Shown here: positions 1 to 12,800 of the stretch, in pieces
Position numbering within the stretch: the stretch's first letter is position 1
Layout: every line of letters starts with the position of its first letter
Assembly: GCF_947568905.1 (NCBI RefSeq)
Contig: NC_079164.1
Span: forward strand, 67,084,001-67,148,000
Reading direction: 5' to 3'
DNA: 64,000 bases
From: Ostrea edulis
Taxonomy: Eukaryota
The notes under the pieces: generated by a model
Database searches by the model: none
What the model was told of the DNA's origin: nothing
The model's input: the letters and a program-made list of their open reading frames with translations, nothing else
Made by a program: the position numbers and the translations under genes

Positions 1-97
1 ATACTATTGGACAACATTTAAATTGATTCAAGTTCTGTCAAAATCTAGGGACAGGCCGTCACAAACCCATTGATCAATAGAATAGTGCAATAGACAA

Positions 98-320
98 TAC
101 TGTGAAATCATTTTAATTCACAGGGGCCAATGTTCATGGGTAAGCAAAATTTTGCTGGTTCGTGGAGACGTAATTTCGTGGGTAAGCGATACGATGTCAC
201 CAGGAGAGATAACTCTACTTGGTTACAAAAAATGTTCGAGGACACGTAAATTCGTGGGTAAGAGTGACCCATGAAATCCACGAACATCAATCCCCCACGA
301 ACAATGATGATTCCACAGTA
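98..320. mobile_element. Tc1/mariner-like MITE (TA-flanked)
   Basis: Imperfect terminal inverted repeats TACTGTGAAATCATT (98) / GATGATTCCACAGTA (320); non-coding interior. Confidence 0.6.
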
Positions 321-762
321 TGTTCTTTTCCTCCCTCGATTCGTGTGAATGATGTCGTGTAAAGCTATGAAGGCACTGGGTTGTTAAACAAGGCTTCAGT
401 TGAAATAATGAAGTGTCCCTATAAATTAACGTACATTGGTATACAATACTAAAGAATGTCGTCCTCCTATGCAGAAAGTGTATGAACAGTTGGATGAAAA
501 CTCGTATGAAGATGGATGAAGGGGTTCGCAATGGATTAGTCAGAAGCGAGCTATATACCAAGTCCAGAAGTTTAAAGTCAAGATAATGGTAAAATAGTTA
601 TAGACATTATAATTTATCTTAAATGTATATTTATAAAGACATCTTCAATGTGTTACTCAGATGTAAGGTTATCGTCATATGGAAGGTCAAAGTCTACAAA
701 TGTGTACATAGTTGTATTGTCATTATATAGAGAAGCTTTGATACAAGTTTTGCCTTAATTCA

Positions 763-1090
763 TTCTGTTTGTTTTACGTCCCGACGAGAAATTTTCACTC
801 ATATTGAGACGTCGCCACTTGTAGGTGAAGTACCACAAATTAGACCTTTGCTTTGCGCTTACGGCCCTTGTATTGATGGTCATTTAACGTGTCAACGCCT
901 GTCGCGACACGGGACCTCCGTTTTTTATGGTCTTATTCGAAAGACCCGTGATTCTCATTTTTAAATACCGAGCGTTTGGTGAAGGAGGAAACACTACCTA
1001 TGTTTACGTCTAAAGTTTGACGCAGCCAATGGCACCATCACGACCTTTGGTTACCAAGAGCACGCTCTACCAATGAGCTACTACGACCGG
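763..1090 (-). mobile_element. tRNA-derived SINE, near full length
   Basis: Minus strand starts with a tRNA-like head (TAGCTCATTGGTAGAGC A-box) and ends with the GACGTCTCAATATGAGTGAAAATTTTCTCG...GGACGTAAAACAAAC tail shared with copies at 2112, 2890, 12240, 17906 and 23336. Confidence 0.7.
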
Positions 1091-1651
1091 TTTCTTAGTT
1101 TTTAAATTCAGTAGTTGTCAAAAGAGTTTAATCGTTCTACTATATTCACAATCTATTTCATTTATGTCCCTTGAAAGAAGGCACAACCCTTCATTTGAAC
1201 AAAGTAGAATTCTCTTTACCAAAGGTTTCTTCGTTCCAAATTTTGTTAAAATTGGTTCTGTACATATGGTTCTTACGTTAAAGGACACACAGACTATCGA
1301 CAAACTTTTACCTCAGGTACGTTAAATAGGAAAGCTTTGAAATAGTGTTTACTTTTACAAGATTGAATATATATTCAATCCGATCACACACTAAGAAATG
1401 TAACGAATGTCATATGATTCGAATTTTCCTTCTAGATATTACGTAATGAACATGTCTATACATTGAATTAGAAAAAGTGCATCTTAAAAACGGAGACAAA
1501 CATTCAGGTTAATGAATGTCAGAGATATTTACAAAATTATCCCTCGCTAAATTTTTTTTTTAGAAATTTACAAAACATCGTTCACTTTTAAAGTTATATG
1601 TAATGGAATATATTGCATATTAGTACAGATATGAAAATAAAAATGGCATAC

Positions 1652-1914
1652 AGTTGTGTTTTGGTCCACAGGAATACCAGCGATATTTGTTCCCTCTGTG
1701 GTATTATGGAAAAGAGTTGGAAGGTGGGATATGAAACGAAGTGTTTCAATGATAACCGCGTCCACAAAAGGACAGTGTTGCCTGTCCGTCAAATTTGGTT
1801 TTCTGTCAACACCAACCACATTGTCGATTTCAGTGTGCAGAGACTTCTGAAGGTCTGGTCGTTTGGCCAAAATATGAATTATGGATAACAACGTTCCTCT
1901 TGTGGTTAAGTAGC
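1652..1914 (-). CDS. CYP exon 4
   Basis: GYLTTRGTLL...IIETLRFISHLP...DQNTT; TTTTGCAG acceptor, GTATGC donor. Confidence 0.9.
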
Positions 1915-4900
1915 CTGCAAAAATCCAGTGTGAACATAAATGGTAGTGTATAGTGCTATGGTGGTTGTTAATGCTCAGTGCTTTCTTGGATGGTAATTTA
2001 TGGTGCTAACAGGCCTAGGAATGGTAGTACATTGAGCGGAGATGATTTTGTACGGTACAGTGTTCTTTACGAACTTGCAGGGTGGTAGTAACTGGGATGG
2101 TAGTGTACGGTCGGTTGGTTGTATATTGATTAACGTCGAGCTCGAGAATCTCTCACTCGTATGGCGACGTCACCATTGCCGGTGAAGAGTGGAAGAATTT
2201 AGGCCTATATTCGGCACCTACGGCCTTTGAGCAAGGAGGAATCTTTATCGTGGCACATCTGCTGTGACATGGGGTTTCGGTTTTTGCAGTCTCGTCCAAA
2301 GGACCGATAGTACACGGTAGTTTGTATTCATTTGCTTTACGTCCTTTCGAAAAGATTTCACTCATGTTGAGACAGCATTATAGTGTACGGTGTTCACTGG
2401 GATGGTAGTGTATAATACTGACTGGGATGGTAGTGTATAATACTGACTGGGATGGTAGTGTATAATACTGACTGGGATGGTAGTGTATAATACTGACTGG
2501 GATGGTAGTGTTATAATACTGACTGGGATGGTAGTGTTATAATACTGACTGGGATGGTAGTGTTATAATACTGACTGGGATGGTAGTGTATAATACTGAC
2601 TGGGATGGTAGTGTATAATACTGACTGGGATGGTAGTGTATAATACTGACTGGGATGGTAGTGTTATAATACTGACTGGGATGGTAGTGTTATAATACTG
2701 ACTGGGATGGTAGTGTATAATACTGACTGGGGTGGTAGATAGTTTGGTTATGTACTGTGCTAATGGGATGGTTGTGCATTGTTCATTTATTCATATAGTC
2801 CACAACATTTTGCAATATTTACTTTCACTGCCATTTTGTAAATTTTAGATTAAAGAATAATAGCGATCAGCCTTCCTTGTTACAATATGATTACTACTGA
2901 GAGGTCGTGCCATGGAGGTCAACCAAAGACGTTAACATAAGTAGTGATTACTTCTTTGTCAAAAGCTAGGCATTTAGAAGTCAGAATCACGGGTCTTAAA
3001 GATATGATCTTAAAAAGGATGTCCCAAGCCATGGTAGACGTTGGCTCGTTAAAGAATCCCCACTGAGTGCTAAGCATAGATCTACATTTGTGGTATTTAA
3101 CCTACAACATGTGACGTTTCGATATGAGTGAAATATGGATTGCACCTACCGCCTGCGATCAGGTTCACGATCATGGACCAGAGATGGAGGTCAGTAAACC
3201 ACTGCTTCCCAAATGTATCTCGTTCTAGGGTGATTTCCTTCAGAGATTGATACACACCTTTGTCCCCTGTTTCCTCTCTCTTTGTGGGGGAAAATGATAT
3301 CATTGCGAATATCGAAAATGTAAACCGTTTTCAAATCAATTCATTTCTTGTTATTACGATTTAATTCAAAACCATACAATATTCTCGTTAAATCCATTTC
3401 TAAGGTATGTTCAAGCTTCATCAAAAGGCAAGCTGCGTATGTAAGTTTTCACCTGCTAAAAATCTTAACTTACCGATAAACTGTCTAACATGTCCATTAA
3501 CTGATCTTTCATTTTTATCGCATCTTGGAATTTTTTCGAATGTGGGAGTGGTAAGAATCGAAGAAAAGGAAATGCAGAATACACCATATCTGTTCCTAAG
3601 TTGGTGACTTCATTCAACCCGTGATCCAATTTCTTTATCAAGGGTTGCAATTGACCATGTCTGCCAAAATTTCTACCAATCAGCTTTGATAAGAAAAATA
3701 TACATATAACAATATCTTATACCGTAGTTCTGAATCAATCCATACCATTTCTAAACTATACCTGTTCGTGAAAATTGGGGAAAAAAACCCACCCAGAATT
3801 TCTGTTTAATACAGTTTTGAGATTGATTAAATCAATCAATTTTAGATATACTATATAAGAAGGAATTCTATTTATATCCAAAGGGAACATATTTATCATT
3901 GTGTAATCTCAACATTTAGAAAAGGAAAATTCGCACCCAGCAACAAAATACTTTCGTTGACATGTAATAGCATAATGATGGTTGAAATAAGAGAAAACAA
4001 GATGTGTTTGTAAAACACTGATGCCCCCGAATTACAACAAAGTGGAAGCAGACCTCAGGATCATAAATTGAGAATAGACTCGAGTCAAAATTTTGATTAC
4101 TTATATCTTAAGATTTATCTAGTACAGTTTTAAAAAATTCAAATGCAAACATATACTGAAAATTTTATTTGCTTCTGAAATTTATTTCAAAAGTTAACTG
4201 GATTTGAAATTTAGGCTTAAGAATATTTCAGTTTATGGTCTTGAGGCCAGTTTGTTTTAATCTTCTGTGTTTCAGGATTATTTTCATAAGTTTTTTTCCC
4301 AGGTCTTTGTTTTGGGGTGTTTAGTCTGAATTCGTCAGGGTGCAGTTGATGTCAATTTGACTATGTCAGTTCTGACTGACTGACAATTTTCATCTTTAAG
4401 TAAGGTAATGGCTTAATTACTAATATAGATTCTAAAAATGTAAGATAATAGTTAAATCTTTACATTTTATCCCTTTGTAGTATTTTATTTTATTCTTGTA
4501 GTAAATGATCCATGAGAATAGAACCTTTGTGAATAATGTGAAATGTCATGTTATTAGGTAGGTAGTGATTTGATTCTTAAGATCACAATAAAAGTACACA
4601 CAGCATCTATGTTGAATCTACATGTAGAAATTGGTCTTTAATTAATTTACAGTTGGTACACATGGTTGCATATACATTCATGTGCAATGTTTAGATATGA
4701 AACGATTCCCATGAAATATGGCACTGCATTGAGTCGAGTTATCAGATCTCGTCCTATATACTTCAGATTGAATATCGTACTCATCAATGCAGCATTGTTT
4801 TGGAGAAGGACTTGCTGATATCAACATGTTAGAAAGAAAGATGGCGAATTTGAAATCATCTTTACAAGTCAAGGGTTATTGATTCGTTACCTCGCACTAA

Positions 4901-6086
4901 CGTGCGAAGTAACGAACCAATAACCCTTGACTTGTGAAGATGATTTGAAATTAGATGTACAATTTCTTCTAACTTTTAATATATATGTGTATATATATTA
5001 TGTATATTATAGATATTTATAAATATTAGTCGGTAAAAATCAAATGGTTTGTTGCTTCCATCGCATAAATGTAATACTGTATCTCACCAACTTGTATAAA
5101 GCCATATTTGAGTAGCTGAATTGGTCAACAGTTAGGTTTAACCTGTAGAGGACAGACATATTTCATGGACGACCCATGCTGAGTGCATTGGGCATTGTCT
5201 TCATGCATCCTTTGCAGCATGTTCTGAGGGGAAAGTTTCTTATCATATGTGGATACCAGTCATTCGTGTACATGGACGTGTATATGTAAGGCATGATCTC
5301 CTTTAGGTCAGTACGATTTGCTTTCTTATACAATTATTATGCTGTTGGGTATGTTATAAAACTATATGGTACTTTTAAATACATTCAGATACACGTATAT
5401 GTACTATGGGAGCTTATGTTATAAATCCATCAATACGACGTCAGAACATTTGTTTGAAACCATGACCCGACGATTCTGATTGCTTGATAAATGCGAAAGG
5501 TGTCTTATTTTGGAGAATTTAGGCATATCTTACCAAATCTTCAATGGTGTTCAGAATAAATTCTTCCACAATATTGCTTGGGTCAACAGTTTGACCAATG
5601 GACGACTGGATCTCATTCTTCATAGTAATCAAGTTTTGTGTAATTTGTCTTTCTCTGCCTATAAGCCCCTCTCCATATGCATTTAAAATCTGGTACATCA
5701 TCTTCCTTCTCTTTGTCCACGTTTGGTCCGTCGATGTGGCAAAAAAAACATCACTATTATTTCGAAAAAAATATTGACCAGTAAACGTCGTAGGTCGACC
5801 AGCCGTCGTAGTTGCATTAGGCTCTTTCAGAAAGAGATCTCGAATGCGTTTTGATGAGCTGACGACAATGAACTTTTTCCCTAGACATGTGAACTGAAAT
5901 AGATCCCCGTATTGTTTGCTCCACTTATCGAACGTTACATGGAGTTTCGCTAAATCCAAAATCGCTAAGCACACCAAGAACAGGTTTGCCAGAAGGCCCT
6001 GGGAATTTCCCTCTTCGCCATCTTTTCAAAACCGAAAACGCAATATATAAAATCACTACAATAAACCCTATGTATAAAACAGCCAT
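1652..6086 (-). CDS. Cytochrome P450, clan-2-like (CYP1/CYP17/CYP2-type), 3'-partial, with a +1 frameshift near 5972 (pseudogene, null allele or assembly indel)
   Basis: Exons 6086-5534, 3683-3474, 3279-3150, 1914-1652 with GT-AG sites and consistent phases (0,0,1,0). Signal anchor MAVLYIGFIVVILYIAFSVL, basic KRWRR, hinge FPGPSGKPVLG, WSKQYGDLF, I-helix LIAGGYLTT, K-helix ETLR. PERF and heme-Cys exons not found in the window. Confidence 0.85.
2112..2380 (-). mobile_element. 5'-truncated SINE (Meta-SINE-like family) in CYP intron 3
   Basis: Same family as 17906 and 23336; flanked by 11-bp direct repeat TAGTGTACGGT (2101-2111, 2381-2391) consistent with a TSD. Confidence 0.7.
2395..2735. repeat. 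25/26-bp minisatellite (ACTGGGATGGTAGTGT(T)ATAATACTG), about 13 copies
   Basis: Direct inspection; degenerate copies also at 1940-2110. Confidence 0.95.
2890..3135 (+). mobile_element. Degenerate SINE copy abutting the CYP exon 3 donor
   Basis: GTAGTGATTACTTC...AGAATCACGGGTCT...GTGACGTTTCGATATGAGTGAAA matches the 763-1090 element in opposite orientation. Confidence 0.6.
3150..3279 (-). CDS. CYP exon 3
   Basis: REETGDK...IVNLIAG-G; GTAGGT donor at 3149, phase 1. Confidence 0.8.
3474..3683 (-). CDS. CYP exon 2
   Basis: LIGRNF...FPFLRFLPLP...LDSLS; AG at 3685-3684, GTAAGT at 3473. Confidence 0.85.
4847..4952. repeat. Foldback palindrome (51-bp arms, 4-nt loop)
   Basis: Arms 4847-4897 and 4902-4952 are reverse complements with 4 mismatches; loop TAAC. 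Confidence 0.9.
5534..6086 (-). CDS. CYP exon 1 (contains frameshift)
   Basis: ATG at 6086; reading frame shifts between PVLG and CLAILD; donor TTG|GTAAGA at 5533. Confidence 0.8.
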
Positions 6087-6525
6087 TTTTTATGACCTTT
6101 CTGTGTCCTACATTCGTGTTTATCGAGAAGGTAGAATTCATGATAACATATTTCCATAATCATTGTAGCGCAGTCACTCAGTCATTGCGAGAAGGATCAC
6201 CCAGGGTTTTTATTACATTTAACACGCAAATGTTAGCGATCCCCTCTCACATTGCGGGGTCATTTAACGAATAGAGGCATAAAAGAAACTTCAACGTTTG
6301 ATTTCCCCTTCTAATTAATTCATTCAAAGTACAAAGAAAACAATATTATTACTCAGTATATAAATATTTTAATTTTTTTTAAAAATGTTTATGAATATAG
6401 CTGTGATAAAATTAGTCATTACCGCAACATCAGATAATGTTGTAATGCACTGAAAATGGGTAAAATTAAACATTTTACGATGTTTGTTGATAAAACTAAT
6501 CGTTTTATATGACTGGTGAAAACCT

Positions 6526-6740
6526 GAAGATATCATTCAAGCAGTGATCAATCTTATAATTCCTATGAAGAATACAAATTAATAGTAGGGCAAACATAAA
6601 CCCCTGACCACAGCAGAGGTGAGAGCAGGTGCCTTGGAGTAGCAAGTATCACCTGTTGTCCGGTCACACCTGTCGTGAGTCCTATCTCTAGATCAGGTAA
6701 ACGTAGTAATCTGTATTCAAAATTAATATGTAAAGAACTA
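6526..6740 (-). mobile_element. Penelope-like retroelement 3'-end fragment
   Basis: GTGATCAATCT...GGGCAAACA...GTCACACC...GATCAGGTAAAC block shared with the RT-bearing copy at 15505-16930. Confidence 0.65.
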
Positions 6741-7844
6741 ACTCAGACAGTATTGCGTGTTTCCGAAGAATGCAAAATTATATGCATTTTGTCTTTCTTA
6801 GGCGTATAGTAATTAATTCTAATATTCAGTTTGCCAAAATATTGCGATAATTAGTCACAATACGGATTTAGATCGAAGTCCCCATTGAAAAACTCTCGTT
6901 AAATAGGTAGGTAGTCACGTGGTACTGTGACGTCAAATGCGACCGTCTGATGATTGTGAAAGTAAGTAGTGTTATATGTATACATGTATATATGTTTAAG
7001 AACTTGACTTTTATTCACCATTGCTCACTATGTTCACAAACCAGTTTTAAAATTCAAACCGTATATGTTTTAGCCATCAATGCATACAAATAGTGATGTT
7101 CTACATAAATACTCTAACATGCCTACTGTCACGGGTGCATTACAAAAAAACTAATAAGGATAAAAAAAAATTAAGTAGAAATTATAATACTTCATTTTGA
7201 GACACCAATATTATTTTCTTTCGTTTTTTTTTTTGTGTTTATTTGTTATCCACACGTTGTTAGGAAGTGGGAGCATGCGCGGCGTTATACTGTGTTCGAT
7301 GTTGTAAGTTCTTTTATTTAATTTGAAAGCACTATAATTCAATTAAAAGTTAGGAATTACATAATTTTATTATATATCATTGCAAATTCAATTATATCTT
7401 AATCTTTAGAATTTTTAAAAATCTACGTGTAGGAATTGGGAGCACAAGAACACGTTGTTACAAGGTCAGTTTTTATTCCAAAGGTGCGAGTGTTTTGTGA
7501 AATGATACAGACCAGAACAAAGGGCATATGATATAGGCCTAGCTGTGCTTTGCTTCTATATAACCATTCTCTCACAGTTAAAATGGGTGTCTATTTAATT
7601 GCTTTTTGGAAAAGTACATCGACAAACGCGACTGGTTTTCATAACAAAGTCCATGTGCTGACAGAAAAACTACCCACGTCTTTTCCCTCATATCTCCCTT
7701 TGAAAATTTGAAATTCAAAACTAAGTCTACATCCCTAAAATCTTCTAATAGATAATTCACCCGTAAGCGGCATAGAACATCCTAATGCAATGTTACTTGT
7801 ATCTGTAAACTGTTAACGTGATAATTGGATTTCGTCGATTAAAT

Positions 7845-8255
7845 GAAAGGTGAAGACAAAGAAAAGTGATCAATCTCATCACTCCTATAAGCAATACAAA
7901 ATAGAGAGTTGGGCAAACACAAACCCCTAGATATACCAGAGGTGGGATCAGGTGCCTAGGAGGAGTAAGCAACCCCTGTCGACCGGTCACACCCAACGTG
8001 AGCCCTATATCTTGATCAGGTAAACGGAGTTATCCGTAGTCAAAATCAGTGTGTCACGAAAGGTCTAACAATCGGTATGAAACACGTCTGCCAGCATTTG
8101 ACCTAATGATAGACAAACTAGATCGTTATAACGACCATATTTGCGAAATGCTGACTTTAAACGAGACTGTTGGAACCCCTGCGCCATCAACTTGTTTGTC
8201 AGTAGCCTGCTTCGATTTCAAAACTGACCATAATCAGAACAAGCTCTTGCGTTGA
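7845..8255 (-). mobile_element. Penelope-like retroelement 3'-end fragment
   Basis: Well-preserved copy of the same block, extending into the decayed RT C-terminal coding region. Confidence 0.75.
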
Positions 8256-9086
8256 TATCAATAGAAAAACATATTTGAATAAAAATAAAATGCCATAAAA
8301 GCTTTCCGAAAACCAAAATGCGTGTTTATTAATTTTCCAACACATAATTCAAATTCGGGACAGAGAACATGATTTCCTTATCACAGACGCATGCAATAGT
8401 GTTACAAATTTGGAAATAGCTGGTCTGTTACGTACATCCAAGCATATTTGAGTCGAAAAATCGATCTAAACGTAAACTGTCACCGATCCCAGCAATTACA
8501 CGTTTTCCAGAATCAAAACACGAAGGCTTGAGAAGAGAAGTGGATGTAGGCTATTCCCGACCACTTCTCTAAAGAGAATACTACCAGTCACACGATAATC
8601 TCCGAGGTATTTTTTTCCATTCCCCACTTCACCAAAACATTATGGGAGCTCCCCGATTGGTTAATGTATGAACATAAATATTCAAAGCGTCTAGGGCTTT
8701 CTTATTCATTCAACCATGACTATGACGTAGTGAGAACGGAAACAATAGGCGTGGTTTACAACGATATATAGTCTGTTGATACAAGTACGTTTGATATAAA
8801 TTTAATCTCGTGAACTTGTCACTGCTCTCTTTCGCATCTTATGATACACTTGACGAAATGCACTCTGACTTTACCATTTAGACATAATATAATTCAAGCG
8901 GAGAAAATAGTACAATAGAAAATTATACAATACACTACATGAAAATATGAGATACAATTTTGCTTCAGTTGTAATCTTTTAAAAGCGTTTCATCTCTATT
9001 ACAGATAAAATGTATATCGAATCTATGCTTTTTTTGTTGTTTCTTTTTACACTTGTATACTGAGATTTCTAAGTTCCTTCTCTCCA

Positions 9087-9888
9087 TTAAAACACTTGTA
9101 TACTGAGATTTCTAAGCTCCTTTTCTCCATTAAAAACACACAAACCTAAAACATTCAAAACCTTTTCACAAGCGTCTTGGATAATTTCATTTGATTTTAA
9201 TAATATTCTTTTTCTCCAGCTTCTGGAAACTTCGAATGAATGTTTTGGATGTGAAGAAAACTTGCCAAAATGTTCTGATGGGATTTTGTCTTTGGAGTCT
9301 TCCATCCTTGATGTTTTTGTATTTCGTAGTAACCACTCAGAAGTGACCAAAGTAAAGTTCAGTCCAGTGAACTTAAACAGGCGTTTAACAATTCTCTCTG
9401 GTTCTTTCACCAACTGCTCGTACAATAACGTGTGGATATCTGCTTTTCGTGCGACTTCCATTATGTTTTCATACATTATTGAGCACAATGCCTTGGACTG
9501 GACGTCAATGGGGTCCTTTGTAAGTGCCCCGACTTTAGCCCTTGTATGAAGTACAGCCCTGGGATCTCTGACCAGGTGAATAATATGCAAGTTATCCAAT
9601 GAGGCTTTCAATACTTTAGCTAACTTAATGTCAATGCGATGTGTCTTGATAATGATGACGGATGAGGACTCACAAATACGCGCTAGCTTTTGGTTACAAC
9701 TGTAAGATAAATTCTGATGCACTATAGCTGTATTGTGGAAGCACTTTGTGATATACATGTGGCCTGTGCTGGGGAAAGCCACAAATGATTTTAACACTTC
9801 AAAAGGTAAGGCGTTGAAATTGCACGCATATATTGATCGAAACACTGACAATGTTATGTTGATTTCTTCATAGGGATGGAGAGGTGAT
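9087..9888 (-). CDS. Sulfotransferase terminal exon
   Basis: Open frame with HLVRDPRA motif; stop TAA at 9089-9087. Confidence 0.9.
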
Positions 9889-12800
9889 CTGAAAGTAGAT
9901 CCAGAAGTACATTAGGAGAAAGGTCGCAGGGCCCAGAATTATAAACTGGATGGTAATGAGTAACAGGAACCTTTCTCTTGCTGACAATTTACCTTATACA
10001 TTTGAATTTTCATCCTGTTTTTCAACCTTATTCGGCTATATGTATTGGCATTCAAAGAAATACGCACTCCATAAGGATAACAATTGACATCCACTTTATA
10101 CTATTAGTTTAAAAATTGCAGTTGGTCTCGTGATTGAAGTGCATAATACTCGTGCCTACTACAGTTTTCATTGCAATGCATTTGAAGTAAAAAAAAAAAA
10201 CCAAACAGATGGAATTAATTACTTGCATTCACATTTGAAGCTGATCTGGAACGATATATAGCTTATAAGATGCTAAGAACTTTATGATTTGAATCTGAAA
10301 ATGATGATCAATAGCGTCACTTTATGTTGGTGTCACAATTATAAACATCTGTTTAGATATCGGATCTTGATTTCAATCCTAATACACGTTGTAAAGAATG
10401 ACAATTTATCCAACTACTCTACTTACCCAGTAAAGGTAACCAAATGATCCCTATATAAGATATAGCCTTGTCCGTTCTAAATGTTGTGTACCAGGGTATA
10501 CAAAATACATAGTAACTGCCTTGAAATATTGGTGATATTTAGGCTCGGATCAAAAGCATAAAGAGGGCTCGGCAAACTTCGCCTATTTTCAGGTTTCCTT
10601 TCCTTTGTTCAAATGTAATTTATATCTAAAGACAATGACCATACCGGTATGTTTCCCAAAGAAGTAAGTACAGTTTCTAAAGTCATTTGGCCCAAAATAT
10701 CAATGATTTCACTTGGAGTTCAAACCCTGGCATTCAAATAGGAATAGTTTAGCAAACCCAAAATCCGCTCAGTTTGATCAGCAAAATAATTTGTGTCATA
10801 TGACGAGAGCTAGACGTTGGCATAAAATTGCAAAAATGCCATTTTCAATGAAAATATCCACAAATTCGGGTGGTTTTCCTTTCAGAAAACACAAAGCACA
10901 TGCATCGAGCAAATTCAAGTATGTTTTTCATCTTAAAATAATACACAATAAATATAATTTTCATTTTGCTCGACAAATGCGCACATCTTTTCCTGGGCAA
11001 TAATCTGTATGGCATTTGACAGTTTTCAGGTTTATTTTGAAAAAAAAAAGGCGGGGGATGTCTTATTCATGATGTCATAATGCTATCCAATTAGGAATAT
11101 CATTCTGATTTTGTTGACATAGTATACCTGGCATATATTTTACTTTCTTAAAATGCTGAATAAGGTTAATTCCAGACACATTTCATAGAGAGAAATTTTT
11201 TGGGCCTTTCTATGTATACAATCGTACCTTGTTCTTACCTTCTTTATAAACCAAACTATAGGTACTTTAAGAAACCAGATAAAGGTATTCTAATAAACCA
11301 GATAAAGGTATTCTAATAAACCAAATAAAGGTATTCTAATAAACCAAATAAAGGTGTTCTAACAAACCAAATAAAGGTATTCTAATACAACAAATAAAGG
11401 TATTCTAATAAACCAAATAAAGGTATTCTAACAAACCAAATAAAGATATTCTAATAAAACAAATAAAGGTATTCTGATAAAAACAAATAAAGGTGTTCTA
11501 ATAAAACAGATAAAGGTATTCTAATAAACCAAATAAAGGTATTCTAATAAACCAAATAAAGGTATTCTAACAAACCAAATAAAGGTATTCTAATAAAACA
11601 AATAAAGTTCTTCTGATAAAAACAAATAAAGGTATTCTAATAAAACAAATAAAGGTATTCTGATAAAAACAAATAAAGGTGTTCTAATAAAACAAATTAA
11701 GGTATTCTAATAAAACAAATTAAGGTATTCTAATAAAACATGCTATATCGATGCCACAATAATGTGTTGTATGTTCTACTTCACTACCACGTGCTCATGA
11801 TCTCTGTGACGTCAGAGACAACCGCCGAGGGATTTTTCTAGATGATAATTTTATAACGAAGAAAGAGAGGAAGACCAAGAGTGACATGGCGTCGTACAAC
11901 AGAAAAAGAAATGAAGGAACAGGGATGAACATGGGGACAGATTCAGCGTTGGTCCCAAGTGGAGAGCTCTGGTGACGGCCTTATGTGCAAACCAGTACGA
12001 AGAGGTCTAAGTAAGTAATTTTATAACGTAAAATGAAACATATTCGGGAAGTAAAATGTTAGGAGACTTGATAGTGTGTTGCTGGATAAACAAATCACAA
12101 AGTAAATTTCTTCAAATATGATAAGTGATATCTGGGTCGGGTGGAAAACGTGAAGATTAGTCTTGTATTTGTATTGACTGAAAATAATGGACCATGATGT
12201 CCAAATAAAACATTTGACGCACTATAAATTATATCCATTAGACGTATCTATTATGAGTGAAAAATTCTCGAAAGGGACGATAGACAATATACAATCAATC
12301 AATCACTAAACTGTCTAGCTAATCAAGTACATAGCGCATTCATTCAGACCAAAGGGTAAATAGACGAAGGAAATGAACAGTGATCAATCTCCTAACTTCT
12401 ATAAAGGAAAAGAATTTAAGAGTAGGGCAAACAGGGATCCCTGAACATACCAGAGGTGGGATCAGATGTATAGGAGGAGTAAGCATACCCTATCGACTGG
12501 TCACATCCGCCGTGAGCTCTATATATCGATTGGTTAAACGGAATAATCTGTAGTCAAAATCAGTGTGTAATCAACCTCAATTGATATGAAACATGTCAGA
12601 TAGCATTTTACCCAATGACAGGTTGCATTGGCAAATTAGATCGTAACAGAGATGGTTAATGGCAAAACGTATTTGTAAGTGTAAGTCTTTGAAAAACACT
12701 ATGCACAGTTCCTTATTATACAACACAGGCATGGATGCATCCTGTTTTTATATATCGTCTACAGAGAACGATTCCCTTGTCAACTCTCAAAGTTTTTGCA

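Noticed and set aside
223-561. Minus-strand ORF as the missing CYP exon 5
   Set aside because: No PERF or FxxGxRxCxG motif in any frame, and it overlaps a MITE; the last CYP exon(s) are probably off-window.
1118-1303. ORF as a CYP exon
   Set aside because: No P450 similarity; it looks like a dispersed repeat fragment.
5150-5290. Plus-strand exon-like Cys/His-rich block in CYP intron 1
   Set aside because: It has AG/GT flanks and two open frames but no recognisable domain and no partner exons that I could phase.
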